From assembly GCA_963422205.2 (NCBI GenBank), contig CAXMWX010000007.1:96001-160000 (forward strand): a stretch of DNA of 64,000 nucleotides. The letters run 5' to 3'. The DNA is from Gammaproteobacteria bacterium. Lineage in GTDB: Bacteria > Pseudomonadota > Gammaproteobacteria > Eutrophobiales > Eutrophobiaceae. The notes under the pieces are model-generated. The model saw nothing but the letters and a program-made list of their open reading frames with translations. It searched no databases and was not told the DNA's origin. Below are positions 10,080 through 20,062 of this stretch, piece after piece. The stretch's first letter is position 1. The number at the start of each line of letters is the position of its first letter. The position numbers and the translations under genes were made by a program.

Positions 10080-10754
10080 ATGAATATGTCTAAGCAAATT
10101 GATCCGTATGAAACCAGGCTGCATCCGGGGAATGCCTACTGGATGGCTAAAATTTCAAAGCTCATTTATGCGTGTAAAGCAGGCAGTAAACACCCTGATG
10201 AGGCATTGATATTAAGTCAATTAAAGGACGAGGATTCGGGTTTTCTTTCTGTTGTGGGCGAGGATAAAAATACTGCCCAGGCAGCCTTGATAGAGCATAA
10301 GGATTTTTTATGCATGGTTTTCCGGGGTACTGATGAGTTGGGGGACTGGTTGGACAACATTAATGCGTTTCCTGTAAAAGTGTTGTTTGGTGATTTTCAT
10401 CGTGGTTTCTGGGGTTCTGTTAATGATGTTTGGGACAAGATAAATGGTCGGTATGAAGAATGCCGGGGAGAGAGAAAGCGGCCTTTATTTATCACTGGGC
10501 ATAGTCTGGGTGGTGCGATGGCCACGATAGCGGCTTCAAGGCTTATTCATGACGATAAGCCATTTACTTCAGTCTATACATTTGGTCAGCCAAGGGCGAT
10601 GAGCCGTGAGACGGCTCAGTTTTTTAGTGTAGAGGATAAAGGACGTTGTCACCGGTTTTTAAATAATGAAGACATTGTCACCCGTGTCCCCTCAAGATTG
10701 ATGGGGTATGGTCATGTTGGTAATTGTTTGTATATTGATAGGGCTTGGGTGTGA
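10080..10754 (+). pseudogene. Class 3 lipase, 3'-truncated
   Basis: FRGT, FHRGF, ITGHSLGGAMA, YTFGQPR, DIVTRVP; ends abruptly before the catalytic His region at a junction with phage DNA. Confidence 0.75.
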
Positions 10755-10950
10755 CTGCCGATGGCATCATTGGGCCAATCACACGGGCAAGAGCAGATCG
10801 GGCAGATGTCAGTGTCTTTCTGCCTGATTATCTCTCTCACCGGGGCAGGTTCTATGCTCGACTGGCAGAGAAGGATTCCTCACAGGTTAAGTTTCTGCGT
10901 GGCTGGCTTAAGCGCTGTTTCTACTTCAACACACCATCTATCAGGAGGTA
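10745..10950 (+). pseudogene. C-terminal peptidoglycan-binding fragment of a GH108-type phage endolysin
   Basis: LGVTADGIIGPIT...R.RFYARL...QVKFLRGWLKR. Confidence 0.65.
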
Positions 10951-10955
10951 TTGTC

Positions 10956-11219
10956 ATGAAACTGTTATCCCTATTTGTCTGTTTAAGTCTCTTAGCTGGC
11001 TGCGGCTCCCTGCCCTGGAACCCGCAGGGCAATGCCGGGTTGACCCGTATGGAGTTATCCGGCTGTAAGACTGATGAGGGGGCTTCCGGCCAGCTATTCT
11101 GTGACACCGACATCATCGATGGCAAAGAGAAGACCAACGTGGATGTGAAAGTCATTCGTGATCTGGACAACAACACAGTGATAGCGACCTATACGGCCAG
11201 GAACATAGCAGCCTTTTGA
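10956..11219 (+). CDS. Small lipoprotein following the endolysin fragment (phage lysis-module-like, probably truncated)
   Basis: RBS AGGAGG, MKLLSLFVCLSLLAGC lipobox. Confidence 0.5.
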   Translation: MKLLSLFVCLSLLAGCGSLPWNPQGNAGLTRMELSGCKTDEGASGQLFCDTDIIDGKEKTNVDVKVIRDLDNNTVIATYTARNIAAF

Positions 11220-11228
11220 TCCCGCTCA

Positions 11229-11800
11229 CCCGCGCGCCGTTTATAGTCCGGTGTGTTTTCACTGTGAACATGCGCTGTGCTTCGCATTACGTACCTGCAA
11301 AGCCTTCCCCAAGGGCATTCCGCATGAGATCTGGATAGGCGAGAACAAACATACCGAACCTTATCCGGGTGATCACGGCATTATTCAATTCAAGCAATAT
11401 CAACCGAAGCGTCAAGCCAGTTCCTAACTCTCCTGCCGAAGCCTGTCATTACCAGGCGACTTCCTTTTATTAAAACGTTTTAATAGAACTGGTTATTCTG
11501 GTTGTTCTATGCTTTGCTCCAGATAACTATCTGTAGTGATTTAGTAGCTAAACTCACGTTCGGCAAAGATAAACCTGCCACGACAGCCCGCCAGCTAACG
11601 AAAGCGCAAGCGGCGAAGCTGGTGAGGCGTCCGGTTGAAGAGATTAAGAACGGTAAGCCCCTCACCAAAGAGGTCGCCATCAAGCCTGAGGAAGTGTTTA
11701 GCTTCACTGAGTATGCCAATCATATCGTGGTGGTCACTACCGATGGGCAGAAGTATCAGGGGGATAAAAAATGAAACGCATCCCTGAGACTGGCATTGAG
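11229..11800 (+). pseudogene. Phage-like gene fragments
   Basis: 'PVCFHCEH...TCKAFPKGIPHEIWIGENKHTEPYPGDHGI' resembles small prophage proteins; further fragments '...EVAIKPEEVFSFTEYANHIVVVTTDGQKY' and 'MKRIPETGIE'. Confidence 0.4.
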
Positions 11801-12440
11801 GGCGAGGCACTGCGGGAAGCGGGCTGCCGGTGGTGATGGCACCAGCCGCCAGGGTGATGTTGACATTGCCGGTGCCGAGGTGACGGGCATAGAGCCCGTG
11901 AGCGGCGATATTGGTGGTGGTGATGCTGTCAAAACGGATGGCGTTGAGTGTGATGGGCGCGCTGGAATTGACGTTGCCCATCAGCACTACCGCATCGCCA
12001 TTGGAGTTAAACCAGAGGCGATACCGCTCGTTCGCACTGGAGCCAGCGCGAGCGGCAGCCGAACCAATCAACATGTTATTGATGCCCTCGCCGGTGGTGG
12101 TGATGCTTAAATTCGCATCGTCCAGGTTTAAGGTCAGCCCGTTTACGCCCAGGTTGTTCCTGAGGAGGGTATCCGCCAGCCCGTAGCTGATGCTGTTTGT
12201 GGGGGTGGTGTAGTTCGTGGTGTTGCAGGTGGCTGTAGCGTTAGTTGCCGCCCCGCATTCTGCCTCCGCAAGGGACTGCTGGGGTGGATCATGGGGACGA
12301 CAAGCAGGGCAAAGGTGGCAAGCCTTGCTTTGTGTTTGAGATTGGTGGAATTGGGTCTTAGGTGGTTGTTTAGGTGGCTCTTTACGTAGTGCCCAAAGTA
12401 GCCAATATACGAATATTTCCCGTAGAAATATTCTCTTAAT
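11800..12440 (-). pseudogene. N-terminal fragment of an autotransporter/adhesin-like passenger
   Basis: Signal-like KHKARLATFALLVVPMIHP, frameshift in a C-run at about 12281-12284, then QQSLA-EAECGAATNATATC...NGLTLNLDDANLSITTTG...HGLYARHLGTGNVNITLAAGAITTG (Thr/Asn/Gly beta-helix-like); truncated at about 11800. Confidence 0.6.
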
Positions 12441-12641
12441 GTATTCCTAAGTTATTGATTTAATTGATGTTTTATTGGGGTATGAGGGGTAGATTGATAA
12501 ACCGCAGGCAGTAGAGAAGCGGCCGCTCAACAGCTGATTGTCTGGCATGGCGGTGGCGTAAAGGTGTTCGCTGCTGGCGTGATTTATCATGGCTATGGCT
12601 CCTGTTGTTTGTTGGGCTTGGGGTATTTGTTATGGGTGTGG

Positions 12642-12947
12642 TCAAGCTGCCGGAATGAATAGTTTCCAGAGTATACCCGTTGTCATAATGAGGTTAAAGC
12701 CAACCATCCAGTGAACCAGATTGATTTTGGCCGTTAGTTTGGTATCTACGTTGTCAATCTTGGCATCCAGTTTGATTATGTCTTGCTTCAGATTATGGAT
12801 ATCCCCCTTCGTTGCCACCTGCGTATTCAGGGCTTCACCGAGCGCACCCTGAATGGCAACCGCTTCGGCCTTGGCATGCTGTTCGGAGACACCGGCTTGT
12901 TTCAAGGTCTCGGTAAACTTTAGGGTGTCAAAGGCGACGATACTCAT
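12642..12947 (-). CDS. DUF1640/CCDC90-like membrane-anchored coiled-coil protein (short)
   Basis: Head FDTLKFTETLKQAG, neck ATKGDI, stalk LDAKIDNVDTKL, C-terminal TM WMVGFNLIMTTGILWKLF. Confidence 0.85.
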   Translation of the reverse strand: MSIVAFDTLKFTETLKQAGVSEQHAKAEAVAIQGALGEALNTQVATKGDIHNLKQDIIKLDAKIDNVDTKLTAKINLVHWMVGFNLIMTTGILWKLFIPAA

Positions 12948-13093
12948 GGGATCATTATCTCAGTGCTGTGATGGCGTTGATGTGGAGGTGGGGCTTGTCA
13001 TGGCGTTCTCCTTCTGCTTTTTACCTGTGTTTGTGTATTTTATGCGTTGTTTACTTTGATTGTGTTGCCTTGATTGTCTTGTTCGTGTGTGGG

Positions 13094-13507
13094 TCAAGCT
13101 GCCGGGATAAACAGTTTCCAGAGTATACCCGTTGTCATAATGAGGTTAAAGCCGATCATCCACTTAAACAGACGTTGCTCTGCCTTTATGTCCTGCATCT
13201 CATCTTTCACCTCCTCCTTGAATGCCTGCATGTCATCTTTCAAGCCTTGCGTATCTGCTTTCACCTCGTCCTTGAATGCCTGCATGTCATCCTTCAAGCC
13301 TTGTGCATCTTTTTTCACCTCATCCTTGAATGCCTGCATGTCGTCCTTCAGCTTCTGAATATCCCCTTTCGTAGCCAACTGGGTATTCAGCGCCTCACTA
13401 AAGGCACCCTGAATGGCCACCGCTTCAGCCTTGGCGTGCTTGTCAGAGACACCGGCTTGTTTCAAGGTCTCGGTAAACTTCAGGGTGTCAAAGGCGACTT
13501 GGTTCAT
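13094..13507 (-). CDS. DUF1640/CCDC90-like coiled-coil protein with 18-aa repeats
   Basis: Same head, neck and TM; stalk of about 2.7 x LKDDMQAFKDEVKxDxQG. Confidence 0.85.
   Translation of the reverse strand: MNQVAFDTLKFTETLKQAGVSDKHAKAEAVAIQGAFSEALNTQLATKGDIQKLKDDMQAFKDEVKKDAQGLKDDMQAFKDEVKADTQGLKDDMQAFKEEVKDEMQDIKAEQRLFKWMIGFNLIMTTGILWKLFIPAA
13200..13351 (-). repeat. 54-bp coding tandem repeat
   Basis: TTGAAGGATGACATGCAGGCATTCAAGGATGAGGTGAAA... repeated; the same unit occurs at 62739-62910. Confidence 0.9.
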
Positions 13508-13617
13508 GGGTTTATTATCTCAGTATTGTGATGACGTTGATGTGGGGGCTTGTCATGGTTGTGTGCTTCCGGTGTTGGCTGGATTATGTGTGGGTATCGC
13601 ATGGGCAAGCAGATTAC

Positions 13618-14004
13618 TCAGGCAGCGGCACGGGCAACGATGGCCTCGCGCAACCCGTCCAGCAACCCTTCCAGGTGTGCCGTGCGCTCGCGCAACGCGT
13701 TGATGTCCTTGCGGACTGCCGTGATTTCTTCCTGCAAGCGCTCTTCCATTTGCTTCATATCCTCACGCAGGGCATTCATGTCCGTCTGCCACCGATCCTC
13801 CATTTTTTGCATATCCTCACGCAAGCGCTCTTCCATTTGCCGTGTATCTTCACGCAAGCGCTCTTCCATTTTCTGCATATCTTCACGCAAGCGATCTTCC
13901 ATGCGGCGGGTATCGGCTCGAAGCCAGGCCACCAGGCCAATCATCAGGCCAGCCAGGGATACTCCTGTGCCAATAGTCGCCATCATCAGGGTTGCCATGT
14001 TCAT
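13618..14004 (-). CDS. N-terminally anchored coiled-coil protein with 11-aa (33-bp) repeats
   Basis: N-terminal TM, about 5 x LREDxxxMEER, C-terminal LRERTAHLEGLLDGLREAI. Confidence 0.8.
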   Translation of the reverse strand: MNMATLMMATIGTGVSLAGLMIGLVAWLRADTRRMEDRLREDMQKMEERLREDTRQMEERLREDMQKMEDRWQTDMNALREDMKQMEERLQEEITAVRKDINALRERTAHLEGLLDGLREAIVARAAA

Positions 14005-14181
14005 GTCTGTGGTCTCTTGTTACTCAACATGATAGCCCATGCCGATTGGTTATGCTGACAGTTAGTGCGGTTTTATTTGGCATAGGTACGGGGGATGTGT
14101 TTTGTGTCGCGCTTATTGTAAGACCAAAGTCATCGCCGGGTAAAGCGTGGATGAAGGCAGCCGGGCGGGTGAGTGCTGGGC

Positions 14182-17100
14182 TTACATACTGCGGCGGTAC
14201 TGGCCGCCTACCTGAAAAAACGCCTCGGTGATCTGCCCCAGCGAGCAATGCCGCACCGCCTGCATCAATTCGGCAAAGACGTTGTGATTATTGGTCGCCG
14301 CATGACGCAGACGTTGCAATGCCGGCCCGGCCTCATCCTTGTGTCTGGCGTGGAAATCCTGCAGCCGCTGTAGCTGGCTTTGCTTTTCGGCTGTCGTTGA
14401 GCGCGCCAGCGGCAACTCCTGACCTGCCGCCGTATCCTCGCCGGTAAAGGTGTTCACCCCCACGACCGGCAGGCTGCCATCGTGTTTTTTGTGTTCATAA
14501 TACATCGACTCATCCTGTATCCGCCCGCGCTGATAGCCGGTCTCCATCGCACCAAGCACCCCGCCACGCTCCGAGAGACGTTCAAATTCCTTCAGCACGG
14601 CGGCCTCTACCAGATCGGTCAGCTCCTCTATGATAAATGCGCCCTGGTTCGGGTTTTCGTTCTTCGACAGGCCCCATTCCTGGTTGATGATCAACTGAAT
14701 AGCCAGCGCACGGCGCACGGATGCCTCGCTCGGCGTGGTGATGGCCTCATCATAGGCATTGGTGTGCAGGCTGTTACAGTTATCATACAGCGCAATCAGC
14801 GCCTGCAATGTGGTGCGGATGTCATTGAAGGCCATCTCCTGGGCATGTAATGAACGGCCTGACGTCTGGATGTGGTATTTCAATTTTTGACTGCGCTCAT
14901 TGGCACCGTAGTTATCACGCATGGCAATCGCCCAGATACGTCGTGCTACCCGGCCTAACACGGTGTACTCCGGGTCCATGCCGTTGGAGAAGAAAAACGA
15001 CAGGTTCGGGGCGAAATCGTCTATGTGCATCCCTCTGGCAAGATACGCCTCCACCAGAGTAAAGCCATTGCTCAAGGTAAAAGCCAGTTGGGTGATCGGG
15101 TTGGCGCCAGCCTCGGCAATGTGATAGCCGGAGATGGAGACGGAATAAAAGTTTCTTATGTTGTGCTGAATGAAATACTCCTGGATGTCGCCCATCATGT
15201 GCAGGCTGAACTCGGTGGAGAAGATGCAGGTGTTCTGCCCCTGATCCTCTTTTAAGATGTCGGCCTGCACCGTGCCTCTGACATTTTCCAGGGCATACGC
15301 CTGTATGTCGGCCTGCTCATCGGCAGTCGGCGCCCGCTTGTGCTCCTGGCTGAATTTCTCCACCTGCTGATCGATGGCAGCGTTCAGAAAAAACGCCAGT
15401 ATGGTCGGCGCCGGCCCGTTGATGGTCATGGAAACCGAGGTGTTCGGATCACACAGATCAAAACCATCATACAGGGCCTTCATGTCATCCAGCGTGGCCA
15501 CAGAGACGCCCGCATTGCCTACCTTGCCATAGATATCCGGTCGCCGGTCCGGATTGGCGCCATACAGGGTGACCGAATCGAAGGCCGTGGACAGCCGTTT
15601 TGCTTTTGAATGTGCGGACAGTTTCTTAAATCGGCGGTTGGTACGCCGCGGGTCGCCCTCGCCAGCGAACATGCGTGCCGGTGCCTCGCCTTCCCGCTTG
15701 AAGGCAAAGACCCCGGCGGTATAGGGGAATGCCCCCGGCACGTTTTCCCGGTACAGCCAGCGCAGTATCTCCCCCTCATCCTCAAAGCCGGGCAGGATGA
15801 TCTTGGGGATGACTGTGCCTGACAGGGTCGTGCTGGTCAGGGCGGTGCGAACCTCCCGACCGCGGACGGTCGTGACCAGCGCCGGGGCGGCATAGCGCTG
15901 CTGCATCACCGGCCACTGTTGCAGCAGATGTTTTGCCTTGGCCGACAGCGCCTCGTCCCGTTGTTTGCACAGTGCCACAATATCGGCGGTCGGCTTGCCC
16001 TCGGCGGCCAGCATCCGGGCCGTGGCGTCAAGCTGCTGCCGCTCTCTGGCAAGGGCCGATTGTCTGGCGGCATCGGCATGGTAGCGGTGGATGGTATCGA
16101 CGATCTCCGTCAGGTAACGCCGCCGCCGGGCCGGTACGATCGCATGACATTCGCTGGAATGGCGAACCGCCACCGTCGGCAGTTGGCGGGCAAAGGATTT
16201 CAGCCCCTTGGCCCGAAGCGCCATCAGCAGACACTGGTACAGGGCGGTAAGGCCGTCATCATTGAACCGGGAGGCGATGGTGCCGTAGACCGGCATCTGC
16301 TCCGGGCGGCGATCAAAGGCGTGGTTGTTACGCTGCATCTGCTTGGCCACATCGTGCAGGGCATCGGCGCCGCCTTTGCGATCAAACTTGTTGATGGCGA
16401 TGACATCGGCAAAATCCAGCATATCTATCTTTTCCAGCTGGCTGGCCGCCCCAAACTCCGGCGTCATCACATACAAGGCGGTATCGACAAACGGTACGAT
16501 GCCGGCATCGCCCTGCCCTATGCCCGGTGTTTCGACAATGATCACATCAGCCCCTGCCACTTTTACCGCCTCCAGTATCGCCGTCAGGCAGGCCGGGATT
16601 TCCGTTTGGGCATCACGGGTGGCGAGCGAGCGCATGTAGATGTTCGGATGGTCAATGGCATTCATGCGGATACGATCGCCCAGCAGGGCGCCCTGGGTGC
16701 GGCGGCGGGTGGGATCGATGGCCAGAATGGCGATCTTGAGCGTATCCTCGCTGTCTTGGCGAAAGCGCCGGATGATCTCATCGGTCAGGGAGGACTTGCC
16801 CGCCCCGCCGGTGCCCGTGATGCCCAGCACGGGCGTCTTGCTGTTCTCGGCACGGGCGGCCAGGCGGTCCCGTTGTGCCTGGTCAAGTTGTTGATTTTCA
16901 AGGGCGGTGATGACTCTAGCGAGGACATCCCAGGCCCCCTGATGCAATGTATCCAGCGCATCGTCAGCCTTGCCCGTCGGGGCCGGTGTACAGGCGGCGA
17001 GCATCGTATCGATCATGCCCTGCAAGCCCAGCTTCTGGCCGTCTTCCGGTGAGAAGATACGGCTGACGCCATACGCATGCAGCCGCTCGATTTCCTCCGG

Positions 17101-17445
17101 GATGATCACGCCGCCGCCGCCGCCGAACACCTTGATATGCCCGGCATGGCGCTGTTTTAGCATATCGATCATATACTTGAAATATTCCATGTGACCGCCC
17201 TGATAGGCGCTTATCGCAATGCCCTGGGCATCTTCCTGTATGGCGGCATCAACAACTTCCTGCACAGAGCGGTTGTGGGCAAGGTGAATGACCTCCGCCC
17301 CGGTGGCCTGCAAAATGCGGCGCATGATGTTGATGGCGGCATCGTGGCCGTCAAACAGGCTGGCCGCCGTCACGAAGCGAAGCCAGGTTTTTTGCTGCCC
17401 AGCAGGGCGCGCCTGACGGTGGTGTAGCGGGGTCACTGAAGCCAT
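14182..17445 (-). CDS. icmF: Fused isobutyryl-CoA mutase / MeaB-type GTPase
   Basis: B12 motif [14 protein letters not shown]-loop GTGGAGKSS, mutase barrel [30 protein letters not shown]; 1087 aa. Confidence 0.95.
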   Translation of the reverse strand: MASVTPLHHRQARPAGQQKTWLRFVTAASLFDGHDAAINIMRRILQATGAEVIHLAHNRSVQEVVDAAIQEDAQGIAISAYQGGHMEYFKYMIDMLKQRHAGHIKVFGGGGGVIIPEEIERLHAYGVSRIFSPEDGQKLGLQGMIDTMLAACTPAPTGKADDALDTLHQGAWDVLARVITALENQQLDQAQRDRLAARAENSKTPVLGITGTGGAGKSSLTDEIIRRFRQDSEDTLKIAILAIDPTRRRTQGALLGDRIRMNAIDHPNIYMRSLATRDAQTEIPACLTAILEAVKVAGADVIIVETPGIGQGDAGIVPFVDTALYVMTPEFGAASQLEKIDMLDFADVIAINKFDRKGGADALHDVAKQMQRNNHAFDRRPEQMPVYGTIASRFNDDGLTALYQCLLMALRAKGLKSFARQLPTVAVRHSSECHAIVPARRRRYLTEIVDTIHRYHADAARQSALARERQQLDATARMLAAEGKPTADIVALCKQRDEALSAKAKHLLQQWPVMQQRYAAPALVTTVRGREVRTALTSTTLSGTVIPKIILPGFEDEGEILRWLYRENVPGAFPYTAGVFAFKREGEAPARMFAGEGDPRRTNRRFKKLSAHSKAKRLSTAFDSVTLYGANPDRRPDIYGKVGNAGVSVATLDDMKALYDGFDLCDPNTSVSMTINGPAPTILAFFLNAAIDQQVEKFSQEHKRAPTADEQADIQAYALENVRGTVQADILKEDQGQNTCIFSTEFSLHMMGDIQEYFIQHNIRNFYSVSISGYHIAEAGANPITQLAFTLSNGFTLVEAYLARGMHIDDFAPNLSFFFSNGMDPEYTVLGRVARRIWAIAMRDNYGANERSQKLKYHIQTSGRSLHAQEMAFNDIRTTLQALIALYDNCNSLHTNAYDEAITTPSEASVRRALAIQLIINQEWGLSKNENPNQGAFIIEELTDLVEAAVLKEFERLSERGGVLGAMETGYQRGRIQDESMYYEHKKHDGSLPVVGVNTFTGEDTAAGQELPLARSTTAEKQSQLQRLQDFHARHKDEAGPALQRLRHAATNNHNVFAELMQAVRHCSLGQITEAFFQVGGQYRRSM

Positions 17446-17487
17446 GCGGTGTGCTCCGGTTGCTTTTGTTGATGGGCTTGTATTATA

Positions 17488-17509
17488 TTTACGTTGACGT
17501 AAACGTCAA
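17488..17509. promoter_or_regulatory. LiuR-type operator between divergent icmF and the MerR-family gene
   Basis: Overlapping palindromes TTTACGTTGACGTAAA and TTGACGTAAACGTCAA. Confidence 0.75.
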
Positions 17510-17525
17510 TAAAAAAGGCTGGCCG

Positions 17526-17975
17526 ATGACGACAACCACATTAAAAGAAAAAAATTCTTATAAAGCAAAAGGTTATAAGAAAAAACTATACACCATCTCA
17601 GACCTGGCAAAGGAGTTTGACATCACGACTCGTGCGATTCGCTTTTATGAAACCGAAGGCATGCTCTCGCCAACCCGAGAAGGTCGCCACCGTATTTATA
17701 CGCAGCGGGAGCGCACTCGCCTGAAATTGATCCTGCGAGGCAAGCGGCTTGGATTTTCCCTGGGCGAGATAGGGGGCATGTTTGCCTTGTATGATTCAGC
17801 GCCCGGTGAAGCGGGGCAACTGCGGCATGTCCTCGACAAAGTGGCGGAAAAACAACGGCAGCTTGAACGGCAACAAGAGGATATTCACCTGATGATGCAG
17901 GAATTAGCGGATTTTGCCCGCCAGTGCGAGGCCAGACTTCAGGGCATGGACACCTTGACATGGCCCCCGACATGA
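17526..17975 (+). CDS. liuR: MerR-family regulator, LiuR-like
   Basis: YTISDLAKEFDITTRAIRFYE...RTRLKLILRGKRLGFSL. Confidence 0.85.
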   Translation: MTTTTLKEKNSYKAKGYKKKLYTISDLAKEFDITTRAIRFYETEGMLSPTREGRHRIYTQRERTRLKLILRGKRLGFSLGEIGGMFALYDSAPGEAGQLRHVLDKVAEKQRQLERQQEDIHLMMQELADFARQCEARLQGMDTLTWPPT

Positions 17976-18151
17976 CCAACCACGCAGCGCCGCCCCCCTC
18001 GCCCTGCATCAATATTTGTCACATTGACCCGGCAAGCGGCTACTGCCGAGGCTGTTGGCGTACCCTGGCCGAGATCAGCGCCTGGACCGGCCTGACGACC
18101 AGGGCAAAACAGCACCTGCTGACCGAACTTGCCCGGCGGCGGGCCAACTGA
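17972..18151 (+). CDS. DUF1289 small Cys-rich protein
   Basis: SPCINIC...GYCRGCWRTLAEISAW; ATGA overlap with the upstream gene. Confidence 0.85.
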   Translation: MTNHAAPPPSPCINICHIDPASGYCRGCWRTLAEISAWTGLTTRAKQHLLTELARRRAN

Positions 18152-18572
18152 CTGGCCAGGCGATAGACACGCACCACGATTTCACACATCCCCCAGTGGG
18201 CTGATCGGCAACAGCATCCTCACATGGCGATGAGCGCACCACCCCACCCCGATGGCCATCATGGTATCAAGCAGCAGCAAATGCTGCCTGCCTACGATGC
18301 CGCATCATATACCCACCGCTGCCGATTGCAGGGCTGGTGGCTGCCTGGCTGATAGCCCCCTTCACCCCATTGCCAGCCAGGGAGGCACAGAGACCAGTGG
18401 CAACTCATCAGGTAGCACCAGACTGCCAGGGGCCTGCCTCATGCCTGTATGGGGCATCCATCGCAAGATACGGCGGGTATCGCCCCGGCAATTATCGCCT
18501 TGAGCCGGGCACTTTCTGTTACAATTCATGCCAAGCGATGCCCCGGCAGACTGCCCAGGTAAACTTCATCAC

Positions 18573-20060
18573 ATGCAAATGCCCGCCCCTGACAAGGCCA
18601 TACTCGCCCGCCTGCCGGAACTTGAGGCCGGTCTGGCGGCCTTTCTGCGACCGGATCAACGGGTGGTGGATCGGGCTGCCCTGCGTGCCTACGAAACGGA
18701 CGCCCTGACCGCCTATCGCCAGCGCCCCATGCTGGTCGTCCTGCCCGAATCCACGGCGGAAGTCGCCCGCATCCTGAAGCTGTGCTCGGCGCTGGATGTC
18801 AAGGTCGTGCCGCGGGGGGCGGGTACGTCACTGTCCGGCGGTGCCTTGCCGCTGGCCGATGGCATCGTCCTCAGTATGGGCAAGTTTAACCGGATTCTGG
18901 CGATTGATTATGCCAACCAGTGTGTGGTGGCACAGTCCGGGGTGAGCAATCTGGCCATCTCGGAGGCCGTCGCCGAGCAGAATTTTTACTATGCACCGGA
19001 CCCATCCAGCCAGATCGTCTGCACTATCGGCGGCAATGTGAGCGAAAATTCCGGCGGTGTGCATTGCCTTAAATACGGCTTGACCACCAATAACCTGCTG
19101 GGCCTTGAGTTGGTGACGATGGATGGGGCGGTGCTGCGGGTGGGCGGCAAGCATCTGGATCAGGAAGGCTATGATCTGCTGGGGATCATCACCGGCTCTG
19201 AAGGGCTGCTGGGCGTGATCACCGAGGTCACGGTGAGAATTTTGCAAAAACCGCAGTCGGTCAAGGCCATGCTGCTGGGTTTTGCTGATCATGCCAGCGC
19301 TGGCCGCTGTGTCGCCGGGATCATCCAGGCGGGGATCATTCCGGCCGGGATTGAGATGATGGATGAGCTGGCTATCAAGGCATCGGAGAACTACTGCCAG
19401 GCCGGTTATCCGTTGCACTGCCCGGCCCTGGTGATCACCGAGCTGGACGGGCCGCATCAGGAAGTGCTGGAATTGATCGCGCAGGTAGAGGCGATTGCAA
19501 AGGCGCATGGCGCACAGTATATCCGCAGCAGCGACACCGAAGCGGAGCGCCTGACCATCTGGGCCGGGCGCAAGGCGGCCTTCCCCGCACTGGGCGATAT
19601 CTCGCCTGATTACTATTGCATGGATGGCACCATCCCGCGCCGCCAGTTATCCCATGTGCTGACGCAAATTCAGACGCTCTCGACACAGTACGGGCTGCGT
19701 GTTGCCAATGTGTTTCATGCCGGCGATGGCAACTTGCACCCGTTGATCCTGTTTGATGCGAACGATCCCGAACAGTTGCAGAAGGCGGAAGCCTTTGGGA
19801 CGGAGATACTGAAGCTGTGTGTTGCCGTTGGTGGCGTGTTGAGCGGTGAACATGGGATTGGGGTGGAAAAACGTGATTTGATGCCACAGATGTTCACGGC
19901 GACTGATCTTGACCAGCAACAACGGGTGAAGTGTGCCTTTGATCCGGCCGGCCGCCTGAACCCGGGCAAGGTCTTCCCGACCCTGCACCGCTGTGCGGAG
20001 CTGGGCAGGCTGCATGTACACAGGGGCAAGCTGCCATTTCCTGATCTGCCCAGGTTTTGA
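18573..20060 (+). CDS. glcD: Glycolate oxidase FAD subunit
   Basis: PRGAGTSLSGG, YAPDPSSQ, NSGGVHCLKYG, HAGDGNLHP, GEHGIG. Confidence 0.92.
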   Translation: MQMPAPDKAILARLPELEAGLAAFLRPDQRVVDRAALRAYETDALTAYRQRPMLVVLPESTAEVARILKLCSALDVKVVPRGAGTSLSGGALPLADGIVLSMGKFNRILAIDYANQCVVAQSGVSNLAISEAVAEQNFYYAPDPSSQIVCTIGGNVSENSGGVHCLKYGLTTNNLLGLELVTMDGAVLRVGGKHLDQEGYDLLGIITGSEGLLGVITEVTVRILQKPQSVKAMLLGFADHASAGRCVAGIIQAGIIPAGIEMMDELAIKASENYCQAGYPLHCPALVITELDGPHQEVLELIAQVEAIAKAHGAQYIRSSDTEAERLTIWAGRKAAFPALGDISPDYYCMDGTIPRRQLSHVLTQIQTLSTQYGLRVANVFHAGDGNLHPLILFDANDPEQLQKAEAFGTEILKLCVAVGGVLSGEHGIGVEKRDLMPQMFTATDLDQQQRVKCAFDPAGRLNPGKVFPTLHRCAELGRLHVHRGKLPFPDLPRF

Positions 20061-20062
20061 GC

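Noticed and set aside
10745-11800. Intact prophage
   Set aside because: Only short fragments; no integrase, terminase or capsid genes.
12642-14004. Diversity-generating retroelement or shufflon explanation for the paralog variation
   Set aside because: No reverse transcriptase or recombinase in the window, and the differences are not adenine-specific substitutions.
18152-18527. Possible gene between DUF1289 and glcD
   Set aside because: No frame gives a recognisable protein; possibly decayed, but not supportable.
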